In this document: positions 9,576 to 20,026 of the stretch, one piece after another
Position numbering within the stretch: the stretch's first letter is position 1
Layout of the letters: every line of letters begins with the position of its first letter
Source of the DNA: Nitrososphaeraceae archaeon
Lineage (GTDB): Archaea > Thermoproteota > Nitrososphaeria > Nitrososphaerales > Nitrososphaeraceae
Direction of reading: 5' to 3'
NCBI GenBank assembly: GCA_044870765.1
Contig: JBIOZG010000005.1
Span: forward strand, 79,938-143,937
DNA: 64,000 nucleotides
Program-made: the position numbers and the translations under genes
Notes under the pieces: model-generated
What the model was told of the DNA's origin: nothing
The model's input: only the letters and a program-made list of their open reading frames with translations
Databases searched by the model: none

Positions 9576-10676
9576 TTATTTTAATATTATTCTCAAAACA
9601 TCATTGTCTTTCAAAACGTGATCCAATCCTACCTTTTGGGAACTAAATTTAACACTACTGCCCCAAACATAAGCATATTTGAAATCTTTAACAAAATTCC
9701 TGTGGATTTTTTGGCAAACATCTCTAATAGTGCAGTTTTGATTCATTATGAGGGGTTCATTATCAATTTTATCGCCTCTTGGTTTAAGGAAGACCCGAAT
9801 AAACGCAAGTTTTTCATAAATCATTCTTTTCAAGTCTTCAATGTTTATCTTGAGGTCAGCTGAGATAGGAATAAAACTTTGAATCTTTTTTTCGATCTCC
9901 AAAACAAATTTACTATCTACAAGATCGATTTTATTCAACACAACCAGCGAGGGTAGATAAATCCTATTTCCAGAAACAACATCTATCAACTGCTCTATCG
10001 TCAAGTTTGGTTCTTTGATCATTATGCGACCATTGCTTATCCCATGAATTCGGAGAACCTCTTTTATCAGATCATCTGGAATGCTAGAAACTTGGTTATG
10101 GACAGAAAGTCCTCCGATATGTGCTTTTTCTATATGCACTTGCGGAAATTTTTTATTGACTCTAATACCCACTTCATGTAGCTCTCTTTCCAGCATCTCT
10201 AATAATTCTGGTTGAAAAACATCCAGTACCATCAGAACCAAATCTGCGTTTCTTGCGACAGAAAGAACTTTCTTTCCTAAACCCCTTCCCTTCGATGCAC
10301 CTTCAACTATACCTGGGAGATCGAGTATCTGAATTTTAGAACCATTGTACTGCATCATTCCTGGCACAGCTGTTAGTGTTGTAAATTGATAAGAACCTAT
10401 ACGAGAATTTGCGTTTGTTAATGCGTTGAGCAACGTAGACTTTCCAACACTGGGCAATCCTACCAGAACTACCGACGCATCTCCAGACTTTCTAACATTG
10501 AATCCCTCGTTTTCCTTACCAGAAGAAACTGTCTTGCCATGTCTGTTTTCGTCTAATTCTCGTCTAAGTTTTGCTATTTTTGCTTTAAGAATTCCAATAT
10601 GAAATTCTGTCGCCTTGTTTATTTGCGTCCTATGGATCTCTTCTTGGATGGCTTTGATTTTTTCAGGAATTCCCAG
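9576..10676 (-). CDS. DRG/Rbg1-family OBG GTPase with TGS domain; probable CTG start
   Basis: Frame extends upstream of the ORF-track start to (M)GIPEKIKAIQEEIHRTQINKATEFHIGILKAK; GLPSVGKS, DLPG, NKID; C-terminal TGS. Confidence 0.92.
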   Translation of the reverse strand: MGIPEKIKAIQEEIHRTQINKATEFHIGILKAKIAKLRRELDENRHGKTVSSGKENEGFNVRKSGDASVVLVGLPSVGKSTLLNALTNANSRIGSYQFTTLTAVPGMMQYNGSKIQILDLPGIVEGASKGRGLGKKVLSVARNADLVLMVLDVFQPELLEMLERELHEVGIRVNKKFPQVHIEKAHIGGLSVHNQVSSIPDDLIKEVLRIHGISNGRIMIKEPNLTIEQLIDVVSGNRIYLPSLVVLNKIDLVDSKFVLEIEKKIQSFIPISADLKINIEDLKRMIYEKLAFIRVFLKPRGDKIDNEPLIMNQNCTIRDVCQKIHRNFVKDFKYAYVWGSSVKFSSQKVGLDHVLKDNDVLRIILK

Positions 10677-10814
10677 GAATAAAACCCCCTAGGTTTATTC
10701 GCTCATATTCGATAAATATCTGTTTAGATTGAGTAGATGAATTGAGCATATACAATAACAAGTCGTAACCCAAATCAAAATATCACCAAATTATCTGTAG
10801 TGGACTGATGACTA

Positions 10815-11363
10815 TTATTTTTCTCCTGAAATGTCCATTATGTTTGAAGAGCTTTTTTTCCTTCCATAGAAAAATATGACCACTGCTATAACAGAGATTG
10901 TCGTTGCAAGTAGGATATAATTAATGGGTGAAACCAAAAGTATCCCAATTTGTGGAATTACCAGTTTGACTTTTCCAATGTAATTCTTACTGTCTACTGG
11001 GAAATCAATACCTGGAATAGATACGGGACTAGCGTCTCCTTTAGTTATAATTATCCTTTTACCGTTCTCCGACGTTATTTCGGTAATTCTGTGTACAATT
11101 ATTCGGTCTTCCCCGGCAGGCTTGTTAAACACTATCATGTCCCCCACTTTAGTAGTGTTAAACATTTGTCCGTCCCCAATGAATATTAGATCGTTTACAT
11201 TGAGTGCCCGAGCCATAGTGTCATCATGTATCACGAAAAATGGCTGAGGATTGTCAAATTCAGTTTCAAGATAATGGTAAAGTGAAACAACTATTAAAAC
11301 TCCCAAGACAAAAACTATTACGTTCTTGATAATAGTTGGAAGGCGAGATCTTTCATCTAGCAA
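10815..11363 (-). CDS. signal peptidase I (S26/Sec11-like)
   Basis: N- and C-terminal TM helices, VGDMIVF, IIVHRI, ITKGD; the usual catalytic Ser box (SGSM) reads DDTM. Confidence 0.8.
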   Translation of the reverse strand: MLDERSRLPTIIKNVIVFVLGVLIVVSLYHYLETEFDNPQPFFVIHDDTMARALNVNDLIFIGDGQMFNTTKVGDMIVFNKPAGEDRIIVHRITEITSENGKRIIITKGDASPVSIPGIDFPVDSKNYIGKVKLVIPQIGILLVSPINYILLATTISVIAVVIFFYGRKKSSSNIMDISGEK

Positions 11364-11457
11364 ATTATGAAAAATTATTTATTTAGATAAGATAAATCTT
11401 TAGATTTTTTGAATTATTGGCAGCTCAGTCTAATGCCTTTTCATCATTAATTGAGTC

Positions 11458-11904
11458 TTAGTATAACTCTGAATCTTCACTGCTGCCACTTTGTATTTTA
11501 CTTTTTTGATATTTAACATAATCGTCCACAGCAGAATTTGCTTGTAAATCTGCTTCGTGATTTTCAGCTCTCATAATGTGCTTGTATTCAACAAGATCAA
11601 ATGACTTTTCAAGATTGGAGATTTCCATTGACATTGTTTTTAATTCACTGTTTCTTATCTTGTATTTTCTAGACCGTTGGTTGACCAACAATATACTGTC
11701 TGATTTGATTCTGATACATCTAGTATGAAAATTGGTTATCTGCAATGCCCTTTTTAATGCAAAGTATTCTGCCTGATTGTTTGTCTTGATTCCAATAAAT
11801 TCCCTATAGCTAAAAATCCTCTTGTTTTCCTTAAATGCTATTACACCTATGCCAGAAGGACCCGGGTTTCCTCTACTTGACCCATCAATGTAAATCTCAT
11901 ACAA
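11458..11904 (-). CDS. rnhA: ribonuclease HI
   Basis: IYIDGSSRGNPGPSG, TNNQAEY, SDS.L.VNQ, N.EAD..AN. Confidence 0.92.
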   Translation of the reverse strand: MYEIYIDGSSRGNPGPSGIGVIAFKENKRIFSYREFIGIKTNNQAEYFALKRALQITNFHTRCIRIKSDSILLVNQRSRKYKIRNSELKTMSMEISNLEKSFDLVEYKHIMRAENHEADLQANSAVDDYVKYQKSKIQSGSSEDSELY

Positions 11905-12068
11905 TAAAACTCACTGTTGGTGTCTATAATATAATATTAACAATGATTTGAATTGATTAAAAAATGGTATTCCTTAGATCCTTACTCTAATTAGATAGAT
12001 ATAGACAAATTTTGACCTTTTTCAATTATATTAAAGTACATTTTTATGATTCTTATAGGTGACAATGT

Positions 12069-12623
12069 GTGCCTAAAAGAAAAATTAAAGAAGATAAACC
12101 AAGGAAAAAAATGGGAAAAAAACAAATCTTAATACCGCCAGTAATTGTCGGTGTCGCAACACTATCCGGATTCCTTATTATACAATTCTTTCCTGCTCCA
12201 TCCCCAGTTCAGGTTTGCCTCAAATCACATAATGATACATTTAACGTTCACTCAAGGATCGATCTTGAAGTTGACGGACACAAGAAACTATTACCTGATA
12301 CGGTGGGACAAACTAAAGAAGGTAAGGAATGTCTTAGAGTTATACATACCGATAGTGTTGGCGATCAAATCCATATACAATTTGTCCGTCCTGTGAGACT
12401 TACATTAGGAGATTTCATGAAAATATATACAAACAACAGCACAATTGTTCAAGTAGTAGATAATTCAACCGGCAAGGACATATATCAAAACATTACTCTC
12501 GCTGATTATAATATAGATTATTCATATTTTTCTGATGGCGGATTTGTCGAAATTAGTAATCTGACAAGTTCACCTCCACTAAGTGATTCATTCTTTGGAA
12601 GAATATCAATGATCTCCAAATAG
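12069..12623 (+). CDS. membrane-anchored hypothetical protein with Cys/His motifs
   Basis: Basic N-terminus, one TM helix, then C..H..H, CLRVIHTD, IHIQ. Confidence 0.7.
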   Translation: MPKRKIKEDKPRKKMGKKQILIPPVIVGVATLSGFLIIQFFPAPSPVQVCLKSHNDTFNVHSRIDLEVDGHKKLLPDTVGQTKEGKECLRVIHTDSVGDQIHIQFVRPVRLTLGDFMKIYTNNSTIVQVVDNSTGKDIYQNITLADYNIDYSYFSDGGFVEISNLTSSPPLSDSFFGRISMISK

Positions 12624-12655
12624 ATATAAATAGACAGGATCATTTTTGATAAGGA

Positions 12656-13675
12656 TTGAGTAAATCAGCTGTAATTATAAAGGGCGATGGAACTGGTCCT
12701 GAACTTGTAAACGCAATGGTTCATGTTCTTGAGGAATGTAACTCAAAAATCAAGTTAATTCCATGTGAAGCTGGATCTGAATGGTGGACGAAAAATGGCG
12801 GCACTTCTTATATTTCAGAAGAGGTGTGGAAACTTTTGGAAAATTCTGATGCATGCTTTAAAGGCCCGACCACGACTATACCAACTTCAAACGCTCCAAG
12901 AAGTGTAGCAGTTAGTATTAGACAAAAGTTCAACCTTTACGCAAATGTTCGTCCTATTAAAACATACAAGAATTCTACACATCAATTAGATTTCATTTGT
13001 GTTAGGGAAGCAACTGAGGGACTTTATTCTGGTATAGAGTTTAAGATAGGTGATGATGCAGCAATAGCTGTAAGGAAAATAACACGGAAAAAATGTGAAG
13101 CCGTCGTTGGACATGGATTTAAGTTGGCTGCCGAAAAAGCATTCAAAAAAATATATGTTATAACCAAAAGGAACATTTTGAAAGAAACTGATGGAATTTT
13201 TTGGAACGCTGTGCAAGACATACAATCCGAATTCAAAGAGATAGCCATAGAGGAATATTATATAGATAATATGACTCAGCAATTGGTAAAAAATCCGGAT
13301 CGGTTTAACAAGAGCATATTACTAAGTACAAATTTGTTTATGGACATTGTCTCTGAATGCGCATCTGGGCATGTAGGTTCTATTGGTAATGTCTACTCTG
13401 GGAACTATGGAGACAACTATGCAATGTTCGAGCCCGCACATGGCAGTGCTCCAAAATATGCAGGACAAGATAAAGTTAATCCTGTAGCCACTATTCTATC
13501 AGGTGCCCTTATGGCAAAATATCTGGGAGAAGGCGAAATATGCAATGCAATCTTCACTTCAACTGAAGAAACAATAAATGAAGGAAAGCGTCTTACTTAC
13601 GATTTAGGTGGCTCGTCTTCTTTGAGTCAGATGGCAAATGAAATTGCAAATAGATCCAAAACGTATTTATCCTAA
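12656..13675 (+). CDS. isocitrate/isopropylmalate dehydrogenase family (probable isocitrate dehydrogenase)
   Basis: GDGTGPE, LYANVRP, REATEGLY, FEPAHGSAPKYAG. Confidence 0.9.
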   Translation: MSKSAVIIKGDGTGPELVNAMVHVLEECNSKIKLIPCEAGSEWWTKNGGTSYISEEVWKLLENSDACFKGPTTTIPTSNAPRSVAVSIRQKFNLYANVRPIKTYKNSTHQLDFICVREATEGLYSGIEFKIGDDAAIAVRKITRKKCEAVVGHGFKLAAEKAFKKIYVITKRNILKETDGIFWNAVQDIQSEFKEIAIEEYYIDNMTQQLVKNPDRFNKSILLSTNLFMDIVSECASGHVGSIGNVYSGNYGDNYAMFEPAHGSAPKYAGQDKVNPVATILSGALMAKYLGEGEICNAIFTSTEETINEGKRLTYDLGGSSSLSQMANEIANRSKTYLS

Positions 13676-13709
13676 TTGTAGTAACATAGTGAATAGTGGT
13701 GTTACTAAC

Positions 13710-14231
13710 TTATTTACTCAATTCAATAATCTGTAGTGTTTCATAAAATAGTTCTTTTTGAGCTATTTTTTTTACCATAATATTATTTTTTGACAAAAAA
13801 CTATCTAATTTGCGGGTATCCGAAATACTCGATACTATTATTAGGATTTTACCGCCAATTTCCAATCTGTCAATTGCATCTTTTAGAAAGTCAATGGTAA
13901 TTTCAACACCGGCTGGTCCTCCATCTGTTGTATTATCAATATACCCTGTGGCATTTGGGAGATAGGGTGGATTAGTTACTATGAGATCAAATTTGATACC
14001 ATGTAAAGCAGTGGCGGCATAACAACAAATCACTCTTTGATTTCTTGACATTTCTAGCAAACGCTTTAAAGAACAAAAATCGATGTCAGTTCCTATAACA
14101 GTTTTAAATTGCTTTGCCAACTCCATTAGCACGATCCCACTACTGGTACCAATTTCTAATGCTAATGTGCCACTATATCGATTAACCGTATTGGCCAAAA
14201 ATATAGTGTCATCAGATGGCAAATACAACAT
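13710..14231 (-). CDS. HemK2/Mtq2 family protein methyltransferase
   Basis: YLPSDDT, LEIGTSSG, NPPYLP, GG..G. Confidence 0.88.
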   Translation of the reverse strand: MLYLPSDDTIFLANTVNRYSGTLALEIGTSSGIVLMELAKQFKTVIGTDIDFCSLKRLLEMSRNQRVICCYAATALHGIKFDLIVTNPPYLPNATGYIDNTTDGGPAGVEITIDFLKDAIDRLEIGGKILIIVSSISDTRKLDSFLSKNNIMVKKIAQKELFYETLQIIELSK

Positions 14232-14282
14232 ATTTGTATATCTCGACCAAATTTATAACTGTACAATTTAACCGTCTATCAT

Positions 14283-15008
14283 TTAAGCTGTTTTCTTGCG
14301 ATACTGTAGGTCATTGGTAATTTTTATAAGGGTCTCTGCATCCAACTGGTCAATTTTCTTATTGCCATAATCCTTAATTTGTAACAACGACTCAGGGTTT
14401 TTGTTTCTGTTACTAAAAAGGTACTCTAACCAGGCCATAACATCTTTTGTAATTTTACTTTTCTTTCTTTGCATCCTTATAACCCTAGATTCAATTTTTG
14501 GGGGTGGCAAGAAAGAACTTTTCTCTACATCAAATAATGAATCAATTTCAAAACAATATTGTGAAATTACAGAGACGACGGAATAATTTGTACTTCCAGG
14601 AGAGGCCAACATTTTTTCAGAAAACTCCTTTTGTACCATTACTACTGCCTCTCTAAATTCGTGAGAAGCCATCCACTTTACTAAGTCTTTTGATCTTGAG
14701 TAAGGGATGTTTGACAGAAAATAGTCAAATTCAAAATGCTCTTGAACAAAGAAATCTTGGTTGAATAATTTGACATTCGAATTATTCGCTAGGTATGTTC
14801 TTGCTTTGTAATACAATTCCTTGTCTATTTCGTAAGAATATACTGTTTTGGCAAATGACGAAATCTCCTTTGTAAGATAACCAAAACCCGTACCAAGCTC
14901 CAATACCACATCTGACTTTGAAATAGTACATGAATCTGCTATCTTGGAAATCGTCCTAAAATCTATTAGAAAATGTTGACCCAGGTAGACCTTCTTATCA
15001 TCTTCCAA
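14283..15008 (-). CDS. rsmA: 16S rRNA m6,2A dimethyltransferase KsgA/Dim1
   Basis: LGQHFL, LELGTGFG, YEID, SNIPY, F.PPPK. Confidence 0.93.
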   Translation of the reverse strand: MEDDKKVYLGQHFLIDFRTISKIADSCTISKSDVVLELGTGFGYLTKEISSFAKTVYSYEIDKELYYKARTYLANNSNVKLFNQDFFVQEHFEFDYFLSNIPYSRSKDLVKWMASHEFREAVVMVQKEFSEKMLASPGSTNYSVVSVISQYCFEIDSLFDVEKSSFLPPPKIESRVIRMQRKKSKITKDVMAWLEYLFSNRNKNPESLLQIKDYGNKKIDQLDAETLIKITNDLQYRKKTA

Positions 15009-15606
15009 CGAATAACGTCATCCTAGTCTCTTTGGTTATTTCCTCATCTATCCTCTTTGCTATTAGCTTGTGTATGTCTTTTAGCCCAATTCTGGTTTGG
15101 ATGTCAGTAAAGGATGTAAATTTTTGTTTTTCTCTTTCATTAATTATACTCATCATATAGGTTTTACCAATACCAGGTATCAATTCTAAAGAATGAATTC
15201 GAGGTGTTATGGGTTGAGCAGCGTTGATATAGGTAACAAACCGTTCCTCATTTGCCAGGACAATCTTTTCTATGATAGATGGGAGTTCATTTTTTGCAGA
15301 TTGTGAAATGGAATCATATTGTAATTTTCCAAGAACGCTAATTATCTTGTTCCTTCCTTCTTTACCTATATACACTCTTTCACCTAGATCAAAATTAATG
15401 TTTTGAACTCCCAGCAATTCCAATAATGTTAAACGACTTTCTCCTATTGCTTGAATAATTATTCCTTCTCTGCCCCTTATAGTCTGAGATTTACCTCTAA
15501 GGGAAAAGTCTAACACATATGCATACTCTTCAAACTTGTGACTATGAAGAGCATAATCATGACTAGTGTGTCTGCTATGAAAGTTATTTTGACTAGTAGA
15601 ATCCAA
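14998..15606 (-). CDS. DUF655 putative RNA-binding protein
   Basis: EEYAYVLDF, R.HSLELIPGIGK; conserved rpo4-DUF655-ksgA context. Confidence 0.9.
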   Translation of the reverse strand: MDSTSQNNFHSRHTSHDYALHSHKFEEYAYVLDFSLRGKSQTIRGREGIIIQAIGESRLTLLELLGVQNINFDLGERVYIGKEGRNKIISVLGKLQYDSISQSAKNELPSIIEKIVLANEERFVTYINAAQPITPRIHSLELIPGIGKTYMMSIINEREKQKFTSFTDIQTRIGLKDIHKLIAKRIDEEITKETRMTLFVGR

Positions 15607-15634
15607 TTACTTGCAATAATGTACTGCGTACTTT

Positions 15635-15967
15635 TTAAGTTTCATGCACAGACTTAATTTTCTGCAATATGTTTTCTGATGTTGATGTCAGTATTAATTT
15701 CTTCCATCCAAATGTGAATGCCCTAATTTCTTCTAAAGAGCTTGGGAGTATGTTGACAACCTCCACAGCCTCCTCCTCAGTAAGACCGCATTGGCCCACT
15801 AGTTCACTTACTAGTTTTTGTGCGTCTTTACCTTCTATTTTTGAGAATTTATTGACATAATCATATGTCCATCGCTGAATTTGGTCCATTTCATCAACCT
15901 TCTTTGTTTCCAATATCTCCTTTACATCAGGGAGTGTTATCATTTCTTTTTTTGTAATTTTTGTCAA
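15635..15967 (-). CDS. rpo4: RNA polymerase subunit Rpo4 (F)
   Basis: Q.WTYDY..KFSK, A.EVVNILP....E.RA; follows rpl21e. Confidence 0.88.
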   Translation of the reverse strand: MTKITKKEMITLPDVKEILETKKVDEMDQIQRWTYDYVNKFSKIEGKDAQKLVSELVGQCGLTEEEAVEVVNILPSSLEEIRAFTFGWKKLILTSTSENILQKIKSVHET

Positions 15968-15980
15968 TCTACAACATCTT

Positions 15981-16262
15981 CTATTTTATGGGCCGAATGT
16001 GATTAAATTTAGTCTGTAAGAGCTTTTGTTTTTCTCCGACAAGTATGCCAACTTTGACAGTTCTTCGTCCAATTTCTTTTATTTGACCTACTCTTCCTTG
16101 GAACCTTCGATGCGGTGTTGTATTATGCTCCCTGGGATCGATAACTACTACGACTTTATCGCCTACTGAATAATTAATGAGTAAATGTGAAAGACCTCTT
16201 GACATATTTCCCTTAGTTAGAATATGTCTGGATTTTCTTTGTTTACCATGGGACTTTGGCAT
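15981..16262 (-). CDS. rpl21e: 50S ribosomal protein L21e
   Basis: S.G...KSR..L, GDKV...IDP, PHRRFQGR.G. Confidence 0.95.
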   Translation of the reverse strand: MPKSHGKQRKSRHILTKGNMSRGLSHLLINYSVGDKVVVVIDPREHNTTPHRRFQGRVGQIKEIGRRTVKVGILVGEKQKLLQTKFNHIRPIK

Positions 16263-16374
16263 GGTGGATTATCACATTCCTCCTTAATTTAATATTATCT
16301 GGTAATATTGAAATTGATAGATTGTATCGAATAGATTATACAGAGATCCCAATTTTTACTATTTATTTGAATCA

Positions 16375-17352
16375 TTATTTTTGAGGGTCTCCAATTCCCT
16401 GGTCATTCAGGGCAAATAATATCTCTCTCTCTGAATGATAGGGGCTGTCAACCATCCTAGCTATTCTATTTTTACCAGCTTTTTTCAGGTAAATTCTATA
16501 CGTACTGGTGTGTGCCATGACGTTGCCGCCGGTGGCTTTGTTGGGGTCACCAAAAATGGCGTCTGGTGAAGATTGAATTTGGTTTGTTATCACCACTGCT
16601 ATTTTGCACGTTTCGGCAATTCTTAACAGGATGTGTAACAGCCTGTTGATTCTTTGCTGTCTTTCTGCCAGAACTGATCTTCCTATAAACTCTGCTCGAT
16701 AGTGCGATACTATCGAATCTACAATCATGATTTTTATATTGTGCAAATTAATGATACCTGGTGATTCCTGAATAATCACCTCCTGATGCGAGAAATTGTA
16801 TGCTTTTGCAACAATGACATTCTCAAGAGCAATACTGGGATCTATTTTTCGTGCGGACGCAATATCTGAGATTCTCTCAGGTCTAAACGTGTTTTCTGTA
16901 TCAACGTAGAGTGCTTTAGACAAATTCCCATGTTTTTCATTTTGTTGAGCAGTAACACAAAGTGTATGACAGATCTGGGTTTTTCCAGTTCCGAATTCTC
17001 CATATAATTCAGTAATTGCTCTAGTTTCTATTCCACCACCAAGCAACTCATCTAAATTTTTTGAACCAGTGGTTATTCGATACTCTGATTTCCTCTTTTC
17101 ATAAATTTGATTTGCGGTAATAAAGGGTTTATCAAAAACCCCAATTTCTTCCAATATCTCCCTTGCCTTATTACACATTGTTGTACATTTATCCATGGCT
17201 ATTCCAGTGGCCTCAGCAATATCCGAAGGACCTCTAATAACAATATCCTTGATGGTTTTGAATCCCGCTTGCCTTAATGAGGTCTTAGTTGCAGGACCGA
17301 TTTCACTCATTGTATCAATATCGAATAACTCTTCATTACCATCTTCGGACAA
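16375..17352 (-). CDS. radA: DNA repair and recombination protein RadA
   Basis: N-terminal HhH, LDELLGGGIET, GEFGTGKTQ, YVDTENTFRPERI, GGNVMAHTSTYR. Confidence 0.95.
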   Translation of the reverse strand: MSEDGNEELFDIDTMSEIGPATKTSLRQAGFKTIKDIVIRGPSDIAEATGIAMDKCTTMCNKAREILEEIGVFDKPFITANQIYEKRKSEYRITTGSKNLDELLGGGIETRAITELYGEFGTGKTQICHTLCVTAQQNEKHGNLSKALYVDTENTFRPERISDIASARKIDPSIALENVIVAKAYNFSHQEVIIQESPGIINLHNIKIMIVDSIVSHYRAEFIGRSVLAERQQRINRLLHILLRIAETCKIAVVITNQIQSSPDAIFGDPNKATGGNVMAHTSTYRIYLKKAGKNRIARMVDSPYHSEREILFALNDQGIGDPQK

Positions 17353-17435
17353 TTGCCTTTATCAAGTAATATCTAATAATCTCGTTCAATAAACCTTGTT
17401 GTTAAACGTATTTTTGGAAAGGAGATGATTTGTGA

Positions 17436-18251
17436 TTAGTCTGTAGAAAGAATTCTCTTAGCTAATCGAAGTGTTCCGTTAATTGTATGCTCTTTGGATT
17501 CAATTGCAGACACATTTCTTGAGATTAACTCTTTTGTTGTGTTAGGGCCAATACTTATTACCGCGTCAATACTCTGAAAGTATTCCCTGAAATTTGAAAG
17601 TACTTGCTGCATTATTGAAAAAAAATATCGAACTGCCGAGGGACTAGTAAATATCATAACGTCTACCCGCTTGTTACTTATTTTTTTGGAAAAATCTATC
17701 CAAATCTGATCTATTGTTTCTATTTGAGGATAGTATATATGAAATTCATCCAAGATAATCCCAACTAAATTTAGTTTTTCCTTCATAAATGAATTAGAAG
17801 CACCACTTCTTGGTGATAGTATGCGAGTTCCCGGCTTTGGTGAAAGCTTTCTCATAAGTTCCAAAAGACCTGACGATGAATAACTATCTGGCATCCAAGA
17901 AACTGGAATATCATTTGCTTCTAGTTTTTGTTTTGTTGATGGACCTATGGCAATTACTTTACTTTTCATTAATTGTTCGTCCAGAATGTATCTCAAATTG
18001 TTTTCCTTAACCATTTTGAGGAACACTTCAACTGAGTTAGGACTCATGAACATGTAGTATTCATATTTTTTGGAAGAAATATCGGAGAATTTTTGACAGA
18101 AATTATGTGAGTCGATAGGAATCAATTTCATTGTTGGTAAAGAAATTGGAATGCCTCCTTCTTGCTTCACTTTGCGTATAAATTCATTATTATTTTTTTC
18201 ACCTCTAGTTATAGCTACTACCTTGTCAAGGAAAATTTTATTCAATGTCAT
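17436..18251 (-). CDS. hemD: uroporphyrinogen-III synthase
   Basis: VAITR, FMSPNSV, AIGPST, FTSPSAV, SIGPNT; last gene of the hem operon. Confidence 0.9.
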   Translation of the reverse strand: MTLNKIFLDKVVAITRGEKNNNEFIRKVKQEGGIPISLPTMKLIPIDSHNFCQKFSDISSKKYEYYMFMSPNSVEVFLKMVKENNLRYILDEQLMKSKVIAIGPSTKQKLEANDIPVSWMPDSYSSSGLLELMRKLSPKPGTRILSPRSGASNSFMKEKLNLVGIILDEFHIYYPQIETIDQIWIDFSKKISNKRVDVMIFTSPSAVRYFFSIMQQVLSNFREYFQSIDAVISIGPNTTKELISRNVSAIESKEHTINGTLRLAKRILSTD

Positions 18252-18314
18252 TATAAAATTTGCTTCTCATAAAAGTATTAGGATTACCATTTTAGGATTG
18301 ATATTTCTCGAATT

Positions 18315-19109
18315 CTAAAGATCTGGAGGAAACCATTCTATCTTCTTTCGAATCCCCACGACATTGCCTACAATAATTATGGATGGTGATTGAATTTTTT
18401 TCAGTTTGACTTTACTTTCAATATTATGTAAACTACCTGTTATTACCTGCTGGACACTTGATGTAGCATTTTGAACAATTGCAATTTTGGTATTTTTATT
18501 TAAACCTGCTTTGGTCAGATTTGAAATAATGTGTCGTAGCTGTTCTAGTCCCATGAAAATTACTATTGTGTCAGCCGCCCTGATTACGGCATTCCACCTT
18601 ATCGACGACTTATTTTTGTCTATTGCTTCATGACCTGTAAGTATTACGACTGAAGAAGAATAATCACGATGAGTTAACGGTATTCCTGAGTACACGGAAG
18701 CCCCATTAAGCGAAGAGACTCCCGGGACTATTTCGAATCTTACGTGATTTTTTGATAAAAATTCAGCTTCTTCACCACCTCGTCCAAAAATAAACGGATC
18801 ACCGCCTTTCAGTCGGAGAACTTTTTTGCCATCTTTGGCAAACTTTAACATAAGTTCGTTTGTATTGAGTTGATTAGTAGTTGGATCTCCCGATTCTCTG
18901 CCAACATACACCTTCTTTGAGCGTTGCGAAGCCATCTTTAAAGTTCTTTTATTTACTAATCTGTCGTAAAGAATAACATCACAAGTTGACAATAGTTTGG
19001 CTGCTTTAAGAGTCAACAAGTTCGGCTCGCCAGGCCCTGCGCCGCAAATATACACCTTGCCTTTTGGTATTATTATTGGACGGTCCATTTTTCTAGTGCC
19101 TCTCGCCAC
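18315..19109 (-). CDS. cobA: uroporphyrinogen-III C-methyltransferase (SUMT); start may be ATG 19088
   Basis: GAGPG, LYDRLV, RLKGGDPFIFGRGGEE, PLTHR. Confidence 0.95.
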   Translation of the reverse strand: MARGTRKMDRPIIIPKGKVYICGAGPGEPNLLTLKAAKLLSTCDVILYDRLVNKRTLKMASQRSKKVYVGRESGDPTTNQLNTNELMLKFAKDGKKVLRLKGGDPFIFGRGGEEAEFLSKNHVRFEIVPGVSSLNGASVYSGIPLTHRDYSSSVVILTGHEAIDKNKSSIRWNAVIRAADTIVIFMGLEQLRHIISNLTKAGLNKNTKIAIVQNATSSVQQVITGSLHNIESKVKLKKIQSPSIIIVGNVVGIRKKIEWFPPDL

Positions 19110-20026
19110 TCATGAGCAAAATCTCCTGCTCCACATGAAAGTAAATCATTTGCCACCTCCTTTCCAATTTTAACTGCGTTTGATATAACATCAGATTTTT
19201 TTAGGTTTATCGATTGAGAACCATCTGCAGAGAATACAGATGCATGTAACGTAATTCTTTTTGTTCTTAAATTTGGTATTGCTATGGCGCCAACTGGAAA
19301 TCTACAGCCTGCGTTCAAGTATTGTATCAATGATCTCTCAGCATCAATTGCATATCTTGTTGACTTGTCTTCAATCTTTTGCAATATTCCAAGTACCTTT
19401 TTGTTATCTTTTCTGCAAACAACTCCTATAGCTCCTTGTCCCGGTGCGGGAACAAACTCCAGATAGCTAAACTTTTGAATTATTTGGTCACTTAGTTCAA
19501 GTCTTTTTAATCCAGCTTCAGCAAGGACGAGGGCATCGAAAGTACCATTGATGCATTTTTTTACTCTGCTTTCAACATTACCTCTAATCGGTATCACAGT
19601 AACGTCGGGATTCTTCCTTTTTATTTGTACAGCCCTCCTTAAACTGCTGGTTCCAACACGAGAATTTTTTGGCAGTTGTTCGAGCTTAATTTTAGATTTT
19701 CCAATTAATACATCGTTTGGACTTTCACGTTTTAGTATTGACGCAATAACTAAATCACCATCCAGTTCAGTTGGTATATCTTTGATACTGTGGACTGCAA
19801 AATCTGCTCGTTCATCTAGGACTGCCTTGTCTACCTCCTTTTCAAAAATCCCCTTTTCATTGACTGAGAATAGGAATTTATTCTTCTTAATATCGCCCAT
19901 CGATTTTATTCTGATAATATCACAATTCATTGATGGGAATATGCTGCGCAAGCTACGGCTCAATATTTCAGTCTGTATTAATGCCAGTTTGCTACCTCGG
20001 GTAGCTACCCTATAATTATCATTCAA
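19073..20026 (-). CDS. hemC: hydroxymethylbilane synthase
   Basis: ATRGSKLAL.Q, AVHS.KD, GTSSLRR, RGNV, PAPGQG, GC..PVG. Confidence 0.96.
   Translation of the reverse strand: MNDNYRVATRGSKLALIQTEILSRSLRSIFPSMNCDIIRIKSMGDIKKNKFLFSVNEKGIFEKEVDKAVLDERADFAVHSIKDIPTELDGDLVIASILKRESPNDVLIGKSKIKLEQLPKNSRVGTSSLRRAVQIKRKNPDVTVIPIRGNVESRVKKCINGTFDALVLAEAGLKRLELSDQIIQKFSYLEFVPAPGQGAIGVVCRKDNKKVLGILQKIEDKSTRYAIDAERSLIQYLNAGCRFPVGAIAIPNLRTKRITLHASVFSADGSQSINLKKSDVISNAVKIGKEVANDLLSCGAGDFAHEWREALEKWTVQ

Noticed and set aside
9576-10457. ORF-track start of the GTPase
   Set aside because: It begins inside the P-loop; the conserved N-terminus extends to 10676
13679-13708. TAGTAACA...TGTTACTA hairpin
   Set aside because: Sits between convergent genes; most simply a terminator-like structure
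14756-14790. ATTCGAATT core inside rsmA
   Set aside because: Arms do not match the 28-bp palindrome consensus; chance match in coding sequence
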